64,000 nucleotides of DNA from Chrysomallon squamiferum (Eukaryota; Animalia; Mollusca). The notes below the pieces were generated by a model. The model worked only from the letters and a program-made list of their open reading frames with translations, ran no database searches and had not been told where the DNA came from. A program made the translations under genes and the position numbers. Positions 14,624-28,484 of the stretch are shown piece after piece (the first letter of the stretch is position 1; each line of letters starts with the position of its first letter). Location: NCBI GenBank assembly GCA_012295275.1, contig CM022676.1, positions 310,001 to 374,000 on the forward strand, read 5' to 3'.

Positions 14624-15356
14624 CTCATTCGCTTACGTACAGACGAAATGAATTAAGATATTGCTTGAAAGTAGAAAATGACGGAGAGAAATTGTATGCC
14701 TTACCAAGAACATATAGTCTCTGTAATCTTTACCTATACCAAGGCCTGGAAATTGCGGTTTACGTAGAAACGTCATACGTCATAACTCCTTAGACTGCAA
14801 CACGGTCCTTAGCGAGTAAAGTTATTTTGTGTCAAGTAAATTGAATACTGGTTTATTCACAACTGTAACCTTGACCGTTTTTCTAGCGTTAGTGCCCTCA
14901 GTGAACATCAAAATTATACACGAAAGGATTTTGTAGGCTGTCGCCGGATTTAAGTATGGCAAGGACAAGTGTTTGAAATAAATGAATATGGAACGGGTGC
15001 CTCTTGTATTTTTTTCAAACAGTTTCTTTTTACTTTTTTTCTTTTTTCTTTTTTTCTTTAGAATTTCTTATTTAAAAAAATATATATAAAAATTAATTAT
15101 TCAGTCTTCTTCGTTTAAATAACATATTATTTATTATTTATTAATGTATATATTTCATATTTCTGATTCATTTTCTGGGGACACATAAATACAAACACAG
15201 GTAAATTTACGATTCTTTGGTCAGATACAGAAACCAAAACTGCATCGTCAAAATATTCACTAAATGCTATAACATCAACACAAACATCATAAATAAAAAT
15301 AATAGGCCTTGATTTTGTGTTTTTATTAATAATTCGTAACATTTTTATTTTTCCAG
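13928..15356. promoter_or_regulatory. Candidate bidirectional promoter / 5' UTR region between head-to-head genes A and E
   Basis: Minus-strand donor GTGAGT at 13927-13922 and plus-strand acceptor ttccag near 15357 bracket the region. It contains TGACGTCA (13940-13947), CCAAT (~13973) and locally more CpG than the flanks. Confidence 0.4.
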
Positions 15357-15400
15357 ACGAATTATGGTCCGACAGAAATGTTACTGTCTGCAAAGACCTG

Positions 15401-17598
15401 ATGGCGTATTCTTCCATGCTCAAGTTTGTTGGGGTCACCGTCTACATTATCAGCTGGCTGCTGCGACTCTCGGAAGAAGCGGGTACATTTTTATGCTAAA
15501 CATTTAAACTGCAGGACTATCGTTCAAAACGCGTTTCTTCTTCTGCTTCTTCTTCTTCTTCACTCTTTGTTTGCATCCTTTTATTTTACTTTGAATTACA
15601 TGTTTTGGGTTCAGATAAAATATACCCAAACACACACACACACACACACGCAGACACACACAGATAACTAACTATATGTTTGTTTAATTTAGGTCTTCCT
15701 CAAGTGAAAGTGGCAAAGAAAATATACACTGTGAAAGAGAAAGAAAAAGTTGTTCTCAGTTGTAAATTTGTTTCGAAAACACCAGTTAAAAATATAAAAT
15801 GGGTTAAAAATGGTGTCACAGTTCAGTCCAGTGTTTCTAAAACAGATTTAGTTTTTAATTCAGTACTTGCTCAAGATGCAGGAAAGTACACATGCAATGT
15901 GAAAAATTCACAAGGTGTCGGAAAAAGCCCCAATGTCACATTAAATGTCTTATGTGAGTTTTTGTTACATGTTTCAAATAATTATATTTAAATTTATGTT
16001 GTTGTTGTTGTTATCGTTGTTGTTGTTGTAGGACTGGCACGTTTAATATGATTTTTCTGGTGGTGAAGATGTTTTTATTCAATATGTATTTTAAACCACA
16101 AACTGGTTTATTATTTATTAATTTCATTATGTAGCCTGCTTGTGATGTGAACAATCCTCTCTGTCTGCTGAGTCATTGACCTCGTTCTATCTCATTAATC
16201 AACCTTCATTTCTGTTTATTTATTTAGTTAGTTAATTAATTTAGTATTTATTTATTTATTGCTGTTGTTGTTACTCATTTTGTTATTGTTTTTATTATTA
16301 TTTTTAATTTTGTGGTGTCTAATTTTTAATTGTGAAGAATCTATATATGTCTGTATCAAAATAAAAATCTTCATTAATTTTGTTTTACTACATGTGAGTA
16401 TATATATACATATACACACAGAGACATACACAGAAAGTACATTCACATACACATCACAGACACACACACACACACACACACACACAGTCTCTCAGATTTT
16501 CTATCATATTGTGTCACACTGATGTACGTGTATCTTTTCTTTCCATCACTAATTTCATACCGCACGTCACTAACGCACTGACAGACGCACCCAGAAACAC
16601 ACACAGTGAACCACCTTCCCCGGTTCTGATGACGCAGAATGACAGCAGAGTGATAGAGTGCAAAACAGACGCTTACCCTCCCGCTTCCCTCACCTGGTAC
16701 AAAGATGAAAAGGTTTACAAGGAAAACGATAAAATGATTGTCATAAAACCGAGTATGTACGAGAGACACAAGTTCAGGTGTGTTGCAGAAAACGAGTATG
16801 GCACAGACGATTATGAACTGTCAGTTGGTGTTACATGTAAGTAAACATATTGTAACACATTATAAATATCACTAAAGCAGGCTGTAAATACTAATAATTA
16901 CATCATTATAACAGGATATAAACATTATTATATTAGTACAAAAATAGGATATAAAAATTATAACAGCAAGTTATAAATACTAATAAAACAACAAATAAAT
17001 ATTGTTTTAGTGATTTGTAGAAAGTATTATAACATGTTATAAATATTATTATAAAAGGTTATAAACATTATTAGAGGAACATAAATATTATTATAGCAAG
17101 TTGTAAATATCTTTATAATAAATTACAGATATATTGTAATATGTTATTAATTAGAACATATTATAAATATTATTATAAGTTGTTGTTATAACCAAGTTAT
17201 AAGTTTAATTATTAAGTAATAAATATTAACATAACAGGTTATAAAATGAAATGAAGTCACAAAAGAATGCATGCTCTGTTAACTGTCTAGGAATAAGATG
17301 TCACAGACTAAATGTCTAATGAAGACTGGAAAACTTTTATTATAATTACACACATTTTTCTAATGTTTTCAACTACCTAGTGTATTCTCTGTGGATATAT
17401 TATCAAAATAGTTGCTTTGTCATGCCTACAAATTATTATAATTAAACACATTTGTCAAACTTTTTTGACTAAGCCATTGTACTGTTGAGCACATTATGTC
17501 CCTAAAGAGAATTTATGCCCATTACAAGAAAATTTGTAAGGTTATTTATAGAATCATACCTACAGTTAACACATACATATAAAAAAAGATCATACAAG

Positions 17599-17643
<45 letters not shown>

Positions 17644-20009
17644 AGGAAATATGTATAATTCCTGAATATTTGAGTAAAAATATGTTAGATCAGATTCCTG
17701 AAATTAGATGGTGAAAATTTTACATATTTTCTGAAATTATATCTCTTGTGCCATGAAGAGTAATAGAAAAGCAGTATTTGATGCAAAATTTCTCATCAGA
17801 ATGATATGTATAATGTTCTGAAGTATGTCTAATTCCTCAAATTATTAGGAATTACACATAATTTGTTTTTCCTAAGTGAATCACATTATACATATTTACT
17901 GGAATTTTCAGGAATTATAGATATTTCCTGTAATATCATACACACACAAAAACAATATATATATATTTGGCTTGGATATTGCAGATTCACCTCAAAATAC
18001 AATAATCCGCAAGCTTCCAGTGGCTGCCATCCCGGAGGGTGACGACATTCTCATGGACTGCACCTCAGACAGCTTCCCACATCCAACGCTGACTTGGTAC
18101 AGATTCAAGCGAGAGATCTACGTGGGCTCCAGCCTGTCTGTGAGAAATGTCACCTCGCTGGACGCAGGAGAGTACGAATGTGTAGCAGAAAACAACGTAG
18201 GGAAAGAAAGTGCAAAAATAAACGTGACAGTGCTATGTGAGGCTTTTATATTACACATGTTACACTCAGCCTGGTTTTGCAGTATTAAAACAGTATTAAA
18301 ACAGTAATAAAACCAGGCTGTCTGTTAAAACAAAGTATTAAAATCAGGCTGTCTGTTAAAACCAGGCTGTCTGTTAAAACAAAGTATTAAAATCAGGCTG
18401 TCTGTTAAAACCAGGCTGTCTGTTAAAACAAAGCATTAAAACCAGGCTGTCTGTTAAAACTATTAAAACCAGGCTGTCTGTTAAAACAGTATTAGAACCA
18501 GGCTGTCTGTTAAAACAGTATTAAAACCAGGCTGTCTGTTAAAACAGTATTAAAACCAGGCAGTCTGTTAAAACAGTATTAGAACCAGGCTGTCTGTTAA
18601 AACAGTATTAAAACCAGGCTGTCTGTTAAAACAGTATTAAAACCAGGCAGTGTCTAAATCCTGGCATTTTATAAAATGACAGTGGACCAAGTAAAATCTA
18701 CAGGCTGAGTTTTGTGTTTATAATGTGTCAAAGTTGTATTTATAATAGATGTGTTAGCATTGTATTCATAATGGATGTGTTAGCATTGTATTTATAATAG
18801 ATGTGTTAGTGTTGTATTTATAATGGATGTGGTGGTGTTGTATTTATAACAGATGTGTTAATGTGTTTTATAAAATGTGTTAGTGTTGTGTTTATAATAA
18901 ATGTGTTAGTGTTGTGTTTATAACATGTGTTAGTGTTGTGTTTATAACATGTGTTAGTGTTGTGTTTATAACGTGTTAGTGCTGCATTTATTATAATATA
19001 TTAGTGCTGTGTTTATAACTTTTTAGTGAAGTATTTATAATAGATGTTTTAGTATTGTGTTTATTACAAATGTTAGTATTATGTTTATAACAGATGTGTT
19101 AATGTGTTTATTACAGATGTGTTAATGTGTTTATAACAGATGTGTTAGTGTGTGTTTATAATAGATGTTTTAGTTTGTGTTTATAAGATGTGTTAATGTT
19201 GGTTTATAACAGATGTGTTAGTGATATATTTTTAATAGATGTTTTAGTGTTGTATTTATGTGTTAATGTTGTGTTTATAAGATGCGTTAGTGTTGTGTGT
19301 ATGTGTTAATGTTGTGTTTATAAGATGTGTTAGTGTTGTATTTATGTGTTAATGTTGTGTTTATAAGATGTGTTAGTGTTGTTTAATTATTAATGTTGTG
19401 TTTATTACAGATGTGTTAGTGTTATGTTTATAAGTGTGTTAGTGTTGTGTTTATTGTAGATGTGTTAGTGTTGTGTTTATAACAGATGTGTTAATGCTGA
19501 GTTTATAAGAAATGTTAGTGTCGTGTTTATAACATGTGTTAGTCTTGTGTTTATAACATGTGTTAGTATTATGTTTATAACATGTGTTAGTGTTGTGTTT
19601 ATTATAGATGTATTACGGTACTAACATATTTGTTTCAGATTCGCCAAAAAACACAACCATACAACCCAGTGAATACATCGTAATGAAAAAAGGCGAGACG
19701 AAAACATTCATCTGCACTACAGATGCAGTGCCGACAGCCAGTGTTTACTGGTACCGAACAGGCGAAGTACTGGGCAACACGGCAAACATTACTATCCAGT
19801 TTGCTGAAATAAAGGACAAAGGACTTTTGACGTGTTTTGCAAACAACTCTCAAGGCTATGCAGAGATTGATCTAATTGTCATGGTTTCTGGCAACCAACT
19901 TTTAAAAAAGTCTAAAATGTCGTTTGGTTTGTCGAAAACGTTGATAATTGCTCTCTGTATTATTGCCTCTCTGTATATTATGCAGTACTTGTTTGTGAGA
20001 AAGAAGTAG
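15401..20009 (+). CDS. Gene E: IgSF protein, signal peptide + 4 Ig domains + C-terminal hydrophobic anchor (~405 aa), divergently oriented paralog of gene A modules
   Basis: Exons 15401-15482 (MAYSSMLKFVGVTVYIISWLLRLSEEA), 15693-15953, 16585-16836, 17985-18236, 19639-20009. All phase 1; total 1218 nt, in frame to TAG. Domains have the YAP/YSP start and D(A/S).P.....W.....C.A.N..G pattern of gene A's C2-like domains. Confidence 0.82.
18280..18652. repeat. Minisatellite, ~29-bp unit
   Basis: aaaacagtattaaaaccaggctgtctgtt repeated. Confidence 0.9.
18715..19612. repeat. Degenerate ~26-bp minisatellite
   Basis: tttataacagatgtgttagtgttgtg variants filling the intron before the last exon of gene E. 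Confidence 0.85.
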
Positions 20010-21487
20010 TAGTATGTGCTTTAAAGAAACAACTGTTTGATTGGGACTGTGTGTGTATGTGTGTGTGTGTGTTTGCGTGTGATTGTATGGATGGATGTAG
20101 CATCCCCTCTCTGAAGAAAAATACACACAGTGATGTCGAGAATGCATTTATAATAGTTCACTTCATACACACTTTGTGTGATAATAAAAAATAAATATAT
20201 ATATATATATATATATACAATTACTTTTTTTTTTTTTAATATTTCGCAAACATCAAGCTGTAAAAGTGTATACAATATGTATAGCTTTTCATGTTTATAT
20301 TTATTTCCCATCCTCTAATGTAAACTGAAAAAACCAGGAAAAATAATGTGTATTCACACAACAAAACACACACACATGTATCATTTCATGTACATTATTT
20401 TTAATCATGACTACATCTGAAAAGATACTTGGATAGCAAGGATACATCTAAAAGGATATTTGGATTGCATGGATACATTTGAAGGGATATTCTGATGACA
20501 TGCCCATAAAAAACTACTTTTGTGAATGTTTGTCACACTGATTTGACCAATAAAAACAGCTTTGTCTATATGTCTTTTTAACGTGTACATGTGTAAATAG
20601 CATTATAATGGCTTAAATATATCGTTGATACGTCCATTTTACTGCTGTGTTTGTATGTTGTGGCTCATTTGTTTTGTTTTATTGCTAAATCTCAGTACCG
20701 CCATTTCCTATAGCTGTGACATCATCGCATGATTATAGGTCAGTTTTCTGAACGTAGATTTCTGGCATGAAGTATGACCTTAAAAATGTTGATATTCAAA
20801 TTGATGAGTGGTTTGAGCTTCAGAAATGTACACAAAAAATAACGGGAAATAAAGTGATTTTAATCTGCTTTTATTTTCTTAAAAAACACATACGTCAGTT
20901 TTTATTCAGTGCATTTGATGTAAAGTGTTTGTCAGACTGTGTGATGCATATTTCAATCGCTTACATTACTTGCAGATTTTATTATTTACAGTTACTGCTA
21001 TTTTACTGGCGGTTCTCTTCCCATACATTTCACATATGTAAACAGTGATATCTTTGCGGAAACTATATTATAATGTAATTCTCTGAAAATACAATTTCGT
21101 TGTAAATGTACCAGTGTTTGATTTCTGCCCAGAGACCTAGGTGTGTGACGGAATACTGATAATACTAACTGGTAATAAAAATCACAAATTGTTTTATCTG
21201 GAGTCGGTGGAGGACGAAGGGGCCCCGGGCATCCAACAAGAGAAAAGAACTTAATAAATTTGGTTGACATATATTTAAATCGAATAAAGTGTGTATTTAT
21301 GTTTCATCTGTGTTCACGTATTCAAAATATCTTCCTTTCTCATAATATTTCTCAGCATTAGGCCTCATACTTGAGTCTCTGGTGTATAAAATCAAGCAGT
21401 TGGCCCCGGGCATCACCAGACCTCTGCACACCACTGACTAGAGTGGTTGTCTGTAAATGTTCTGTACTGAAAAAAAAAAAAAAAAAA

Positions 21488-21568
<81 letters not shown>

Positions 21569-24500
21569 AATAAATATATTTGTTTTCAACAAAGCTACCT
21601 AGTGTGTTTATTTTACATCACTGAATACCCCAAAGATACTGTTTTAAGGAAATTCAATTTTGTGCAATATTTTTTGTTTGGTGTTGTTGTTTTCAGTTTT
21701 ATGTGTGTACATATGAATTTGGGTATACGCACGTGTGCGTGTATATTTTTGCCAGTCAAAAACAGATAATTAGTAATAATGATGATGATAATACTTCTGT
21801 CGCTGACATTATTTTAAACATTGTTTAAATTAATACTAAATCGCTAAGCATATAAGAAAAAATATTCAAAATTAGTCCACAAATATTTGGGTTTTTTAAA
21901 AAATAAATATGACAACAATTCTTACCCGTCCAAGAATTTGATCTTATTAAATATTTATTATTGTTGTTGTTGTTGCTGCTGCTGCTGCTGTTGTGTTTTG
22001 AATTACATTAAGCATGAAAAATAACAATTCAACATACCTCATTTCAGAATGATCTTTTCTGTTAAGAAGCATTATGACGTCACGTCATGTTACTAGGAAA
22101 GTCATCGCTGTTACAACTGGAGGACACTACTACTACTACTGCTACTACTACTACTACTACTACTATTATTATTTATTACTACTACATAAGAAGGACATAT
22201 GATTAAAAAGAAACATTTGGAAGTAGAAGAGGTGATCCTGTTTTAAGCTAATTAGAATTGTCAGTTTACTGTTAAATTTATTTCACACTGAATTTTTTTA
22301 TCTTTGAAAATGAATGCTACGGTGTTCATTCAAAAATATTTATTTATTTATTTTCTAATTTATTATTATTATTATCATCATCATCATCACTATTATAACT
22401 ACTACTGCTATTGCAACTACTAATTTTGGTTATCGCATTATAATCATTTTAAAATGAATTGTAGTTGTGCGGTGCTTTCATTAAAGTTTTATTACTCCAA
22501 TATGAATATACATAGTTAAAAATGATTTAGTTTTGCGAAGCCAGTGAATGATGAAAATAAGGAGAAACAATAATTGCGTTGATCATCCAAGGGTTACTCT
22601 CATTAACAATAAGGAACCTGTAAGACCTACCCATTGACAAAAAATGCATGTATTTCTTATCCGCCATACTTATAAAAAAACAACCCCCCCACATATTTGT
22701 GCTGATTTGTATGTTTGTTTTATATTTGTTTCAAATCCTATCTGAAAAATACCTGCATAATTAGAAAACTTGAAGTCTAATCTATGTGTTTATTACACGA
22801 ATGTTACTTCACATTGAGAAAAAGGGCGCTTAATCTGAATTAGAAGTGATGTAATCAGCTATTCCGACGTGGTCAGAGATCAGTGATGGCGTATCGCGAA
22901 CATCGTACACGCTAGTGTTGTGTATTGTACCAAAAAAATAAATGAGGGATAAAAATAAAATAAATAAATATATAAATAATAAAAGTTCTATTTCTTAGCT
23001 TAACTTGTATATTCAGTATAAATTAAACTGTTTCCCGAATGGGGTAGAAAATTTGATAAAAAATTTCAGTCATATCTTAATTTCTATTTCAGCAACAGAC
23101 ATTTTCAGAAATTACATCTCTGGAAAGTAAAATATTTCATGACCTCTCGGCATTATGTTAGTTACAGACACTGTCGAGGAGTCCATCTGGTTCTGAGCAA
23201 TTTATTTATTTCTGGTGTCTGAAAATGAGTAAAAAAAAAAAATAATAATAATAAAAAACTCGATTGTTGTGATCTAAAAACAGCATTCTGTCATTATTAT
23301 TTATTCAGTAGTAGTTACCTTTTTATTTGAATGCTTCTTTGACATTAAATTTGAATGTTTTTTTTGTTTGTTTTGTTGTTGTTTTGAAATAAATATTTGA
23401 ACAGATAATGGAATGTGTAGTCAGTTTGCATTCAGAGAATAAACTGGAGGTTTCTCCTACTTCATCTTAGATGTAGAACGTGTTAAAATGTGTAGTACTG
23501 AATCTTTAGTGCAACAGCGAGAGTAACTGAAGGGTTTGGAAAAGTATTGCTTACCGAATCCAGCTTTAAAAGTCTCTTTAAAAAGAAAAACAAATCATAA
23601 TAATAAAATACAAACAATAATAAATGGCAACAAGAATAAGAACAAAACTATTAGTACTGAAAATAATAAAGCAGTTCTCATAATATTCCATTTTATTATC
23701 TAAATTATGAAACATTTCTTTGTTAATTTCAGAGACAAACATTTTGTGATACATTAGTTTTGACTTTGTACATCTCCTCAGAGAATAAAACTGCTGTACA
23801 ACAAACACAATTACCTCCTGATGATTAAATGTACTGCTCCTGCAATTCTGTATAATGAACAGAAGAAACAACAAATAAATTTAACATCAGATCAACTGAT
23901 TATAAATAAGTGATGAGATAGGTTTTTTGGAATAAACAAATATATAATTTTTAATGTATATGTATGAATGTGATTAACACTAGTCAATATGCTCAAAACT
24001 AGTGACGGAAATGGTTTTTGAAATCTAATAATATTGTGTATAATAATATCAAGTATAATAATTTTTAATATATTTATGAATATGATTAACAGAGGTTTGG
24101 AAATAGGTTTTGAAATCTAGTAATTTTACTTGAACTTTTTGATGTAAATCTGCATGATTAAAACCACTGATATAAATAGGCTTTGTAATTTACTAATATT
24201 GTAAAATGAATTTTTTATAACTATGAATCTAAGTAATTCTGTGACAGATATGTAGATAGCTTAAGTTATTTTTAGTTGTTTCTGTTAAAGAACAATTTAA
24301 CTTTGACCTTCACACTACTGGACAGACATGATACATAATGAAATAAATTAATAAAATATAATTTTCAAAATGATTTAACTGAAATGAAGTGTCCAATACA
24401 AAGTGAGTGAAAGAAAGTGAGAAGAACTTGAGGAGACAGAAGAAATTACACTTCCATTTCCATCACCAGTCGAAAAACAAATACATAACTTTCTGATAAA

Positions 24501-26437
24501 TTCAGTTTGGATTGATATGATGCTAGGTTTACAATTGTACAGAATCATTTTTGCACTTCTTTTTTTTCTTAAAGGTATAGAATTTACAGTGATATGCCTT
24601 GCAAAACTGTCTTTAACACAGATAGATACTAAAACATGAAATGATAAACATTCATTTAATTTTTAGTACATGCTTGGATCTACGTAACTGAAATTCACAC
24701 TGATAATTAATTTCAGCAAACTAAAAATCAGATGATGTTATGAATTTTCTTACTTGAACTACTTATTACTAATTATTACTAATTATCAAAATCTTATAAA
24801 TCTGAATAACAGGGTCAGACCTGCTGACATTGCACCCCACCCTTTTGTGATACACAAAAAACAAGAAAAAACAAAACAATGGTGTGTCTGTACATAAATA
24901 CAATGTGTTAGAATGGTTTGAAAAAAAAATTGATAATAAAAATTAAAATGAAACACGAAAAAGAAAAAATAATCAAATAAAAATTGCTCTCTCTACTAAA
25001 GCTGTCATAATACAGAAACAAACCAAACATAAAAAATGTGCATGTTAATTTTTTTCACATCTGTTTTAATATTATTTTGATTTAAATTTAAGCACATAAT
25101 AGCTAGTAAGCACTAATTTATTTATTTATCATTACTGGTTTTATCACGTCCTCTATTATTTGTAATCATTTATAAAATTACATACATTTTACATCATATT
25201 AGAAAAATACATAAATGTACATTACAAATCTTCACAATGTATGTAATACACTGAAAGTTGACAACTTATTTCCAAGAGAAACACAGATTTGGAAAAAATA
25301 TCTTTGTGACAGTGATAAATAAACGTTGCTCTCCAGTCTGTTCAGTATGGAGATTTAAGTTAGCACACTGACAACAGGTGCGATAAAACAATTATTACAT
25401 ATCTGAATATGAGTATGCATGTATAAAATATACAAAAAATAATTAACTAAAATGTCTATGCATGGTTGATAAATCCACAATCCAACCACAAGTGACTGAT
25501 TTCACTGGCTGCCTTCAGATATTTACAAGAGTTTGATCAAATATTACAACAAAACTGAAATTTAACATGTATGTTTCAACATACAAAACAGTTGTTGGAA
25601 AATACTACATTACATATTGTTTTTTGTATATTTTATGTATGTGTATGGCACGATTCTAATGCATATTATCAGTGAAAACCTAAATTTTAGGGCCCTGAAG
25701 CTTGAACTGTTATGGGGGCCCTTCACAAACAACAACACTGTCTGGAGACTTTTGTTGTTCTTCAAAGATCTTGTTCCATGAAAGATCACCATAAATGTGT
25801 TTGAAAATTTAACCATGGCATCTAAAGTTTTGAAGTAATGTGGACTAAAGTTTGTTCTCGAGCTTCTCATGGATTAGGGACTCTTAAACTCCAACTTTAT
25901 TAGTTTCACATTGATCCAGCCCTGCATGTTATATGAGCTTGTCAATGGGGTTGTTTTATTTAACTCTGAACAGGTCAGGAATGGATGAGAATAGTTGTCT
26001 CACACATCTGGACTTTAGTGAAGAATGGATGGGAAAGATATGATACTAAGTTGTCTCTGTCCTTAATAAAAATTGTGATCTTGCTCTTCATTCTGTTTCT
26101 CATTCAAACAGAGTTTATGAACAGATGAGACTAGACTGATGCAAACATGGTGGGTGTTCTAACTAGGTTGATACTGAGATGCCCTGTCCTTTCATTGATT
26201 CTGCTTCAGTTTTCTCCCACTGAACAAAATTAAAATGACTTGATGTCGTTACATTTTTATGAATTTCATTGATTTACAAATTTTCCTCTCCAGCTTTAAA
26301 ACTCTTCAACTTTTTCCAGATCTTCAGTTTCCCAGTAGCAATCTTGTCTAAACTGATCTTAAGTTCATATCTCGAAGCTGAACACTACTTCAGAAGAATA
26401 TGGAGCTGTTTTTGCAGCTTTGTTTTCTTTTCATCCT

Positions 26438-27707
26438 TTACATTGGTTTTGGTGAACGTGGCACGTTTAGACGGAGAATTATGGTCTCATCCACTGGTGA
26501 CCTTAGTGACCTTCGTGGCCTTGGAGGTCTGGGCTGAGAAAATGACTGGACAACATTGAGATACCTCAGACTTGGCGGTCCTGTCATAGCATCATAGTCA
26601 GGAGAAGGATTTAGTCTCATCAGCTCTCTGAAAAAATTAGAAAATATTATTTCTTTCCTAAAACAACTATAAAAATTAACTATTTTTAATGTTTGTACAT
26701 TCTGTAAGTAAACAAAAACACAAACACACCAAAAAATATACACACACATAAAAACTATAAACTCAAACACACACACAGACAGACAAACAACACACACATA
26801 TATACATACATATGCACACATAAGTATGTGTCATCTCAATCTGTTAAATAAACACACGTACTCTCTATGGGCTAAGCCTGCTTCTCGTGCCTGTAAATAC
26901 TGTCCTCTTGACAAATTTGCCTGTCCCTGATTAGCTTGAGGTACTATTGGATCGTATCTGTCAAGAACCAAACAAATTGGTATGAGTATATATATGTATG
27001 TATGTATGAATGCATGCATGCATTTATGTATGTATATATGTATGTATGAATGTATGTTAAAACATAAGTATGTGTCATCTCAATCTGTTAAATAAACACA
27101 CATACTCTCTATAGGCTAAGCCTGCTTCTGGTGCCTGTAAATATTGTCCTCTTGACAAACTTGCCTGTCCCTGATTAGCTTGAGGTACTATTGGATCGTA
27201 TCTGTCAAGAACCAAACAAATTGGTATGAGTATATATATATATGTATGTATGTATGAATGCATGCATGCATTTATGTATGTATATATGTATGTATGAATG
27301 TATGTTAAAACATAAGTATGTGTCATCTCAATCTGATAAATAAACACACGTACTCTCTATAGGCTAAGCCTGCTTCTGGTGCCTGTAAATATTGTCCTCT
27401 TGACAAACCTGCCTGTCTCTGATTAGCTAGAGGTACAGTAGGATCATATCTGTCAAGAATCAAACAAATTGGTGCGAGTATATATATATATATATATGTA
27501 TGTGTGTATGTGTGTATGTATGAATGTATGTATGAATGTATGTTAAAATATAAGTATGTGTCATCTGAATCTGTTAAATAAACACACGTACTCTCTACGG
27601 GCCAAGCCTGCTTCTCGTGCCTGTAAATACTGTCCTCTTGACAAATTTGCCTGTCCCTGATTAGCTTGAGGTACTATTGGATCGTATCTGTCAAGAATTG
27701 GTGTGAG

Positions 27708-27739
<32 letters not shown>

Positions 27740-27850
27740 CATACATTCATACATACATACATTCATACATACATATATATATATATATATGTATGAATGT
27801 ATGTTAAAATATTAGAGAATATAAACTGTACTGTTATGTTAAAATGCAGA

Positions 27851-27899
<49 letters not shown>

Positions 27900-28398
27900 A
27901 TTACATAGAGAGAGAAAGAGAGAGCATACAGTGTCGTGGTAGTGTTAAAATGATAGATAATTATACAATAGAGTGTTAGTATGTTACAGAATATACAATG
28001 TAGTGGTAGCATATTAAAATATTAGAGTATAAAGTGCATTGGTAGTATGTTAAAAAGTTAGAAAACATTTAATATAGTTTAGTATGAGTGAGAATATACA
28101 ATGTATGGAAGTATGTGAACATTTCTGAGAATGTACTCTGTATGTTAAAATGTTAGAGAATATACAATGTAGTGGTAGATGTTAAAATGCTAAAATACTC
28201 AATGTATTTTCACAACTGTACTTAGAGTAGTAATATTTTACAAGGCCGAATGTTCAAAAAAGTAATAATAATAATAATAATAAATATATGAAGAAAAAAA
28301 GAAAGAAAGAAAAAGTAAAAACTTACTCTATTTTGTCAACATAATTCGCTGAAAAACAAAACAGTTTTATATTTATATAATACATGTAATTAAACATT

Positions 28399-28484
<86 letters not shown>

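Noticed and set aside
21100-21440. Small transposon-like fragment (repeated ggccccgggcatc, terminal ...cacaccactg)
   Set aside because: Only one plausible terminus and no matching TIR or TSD found.
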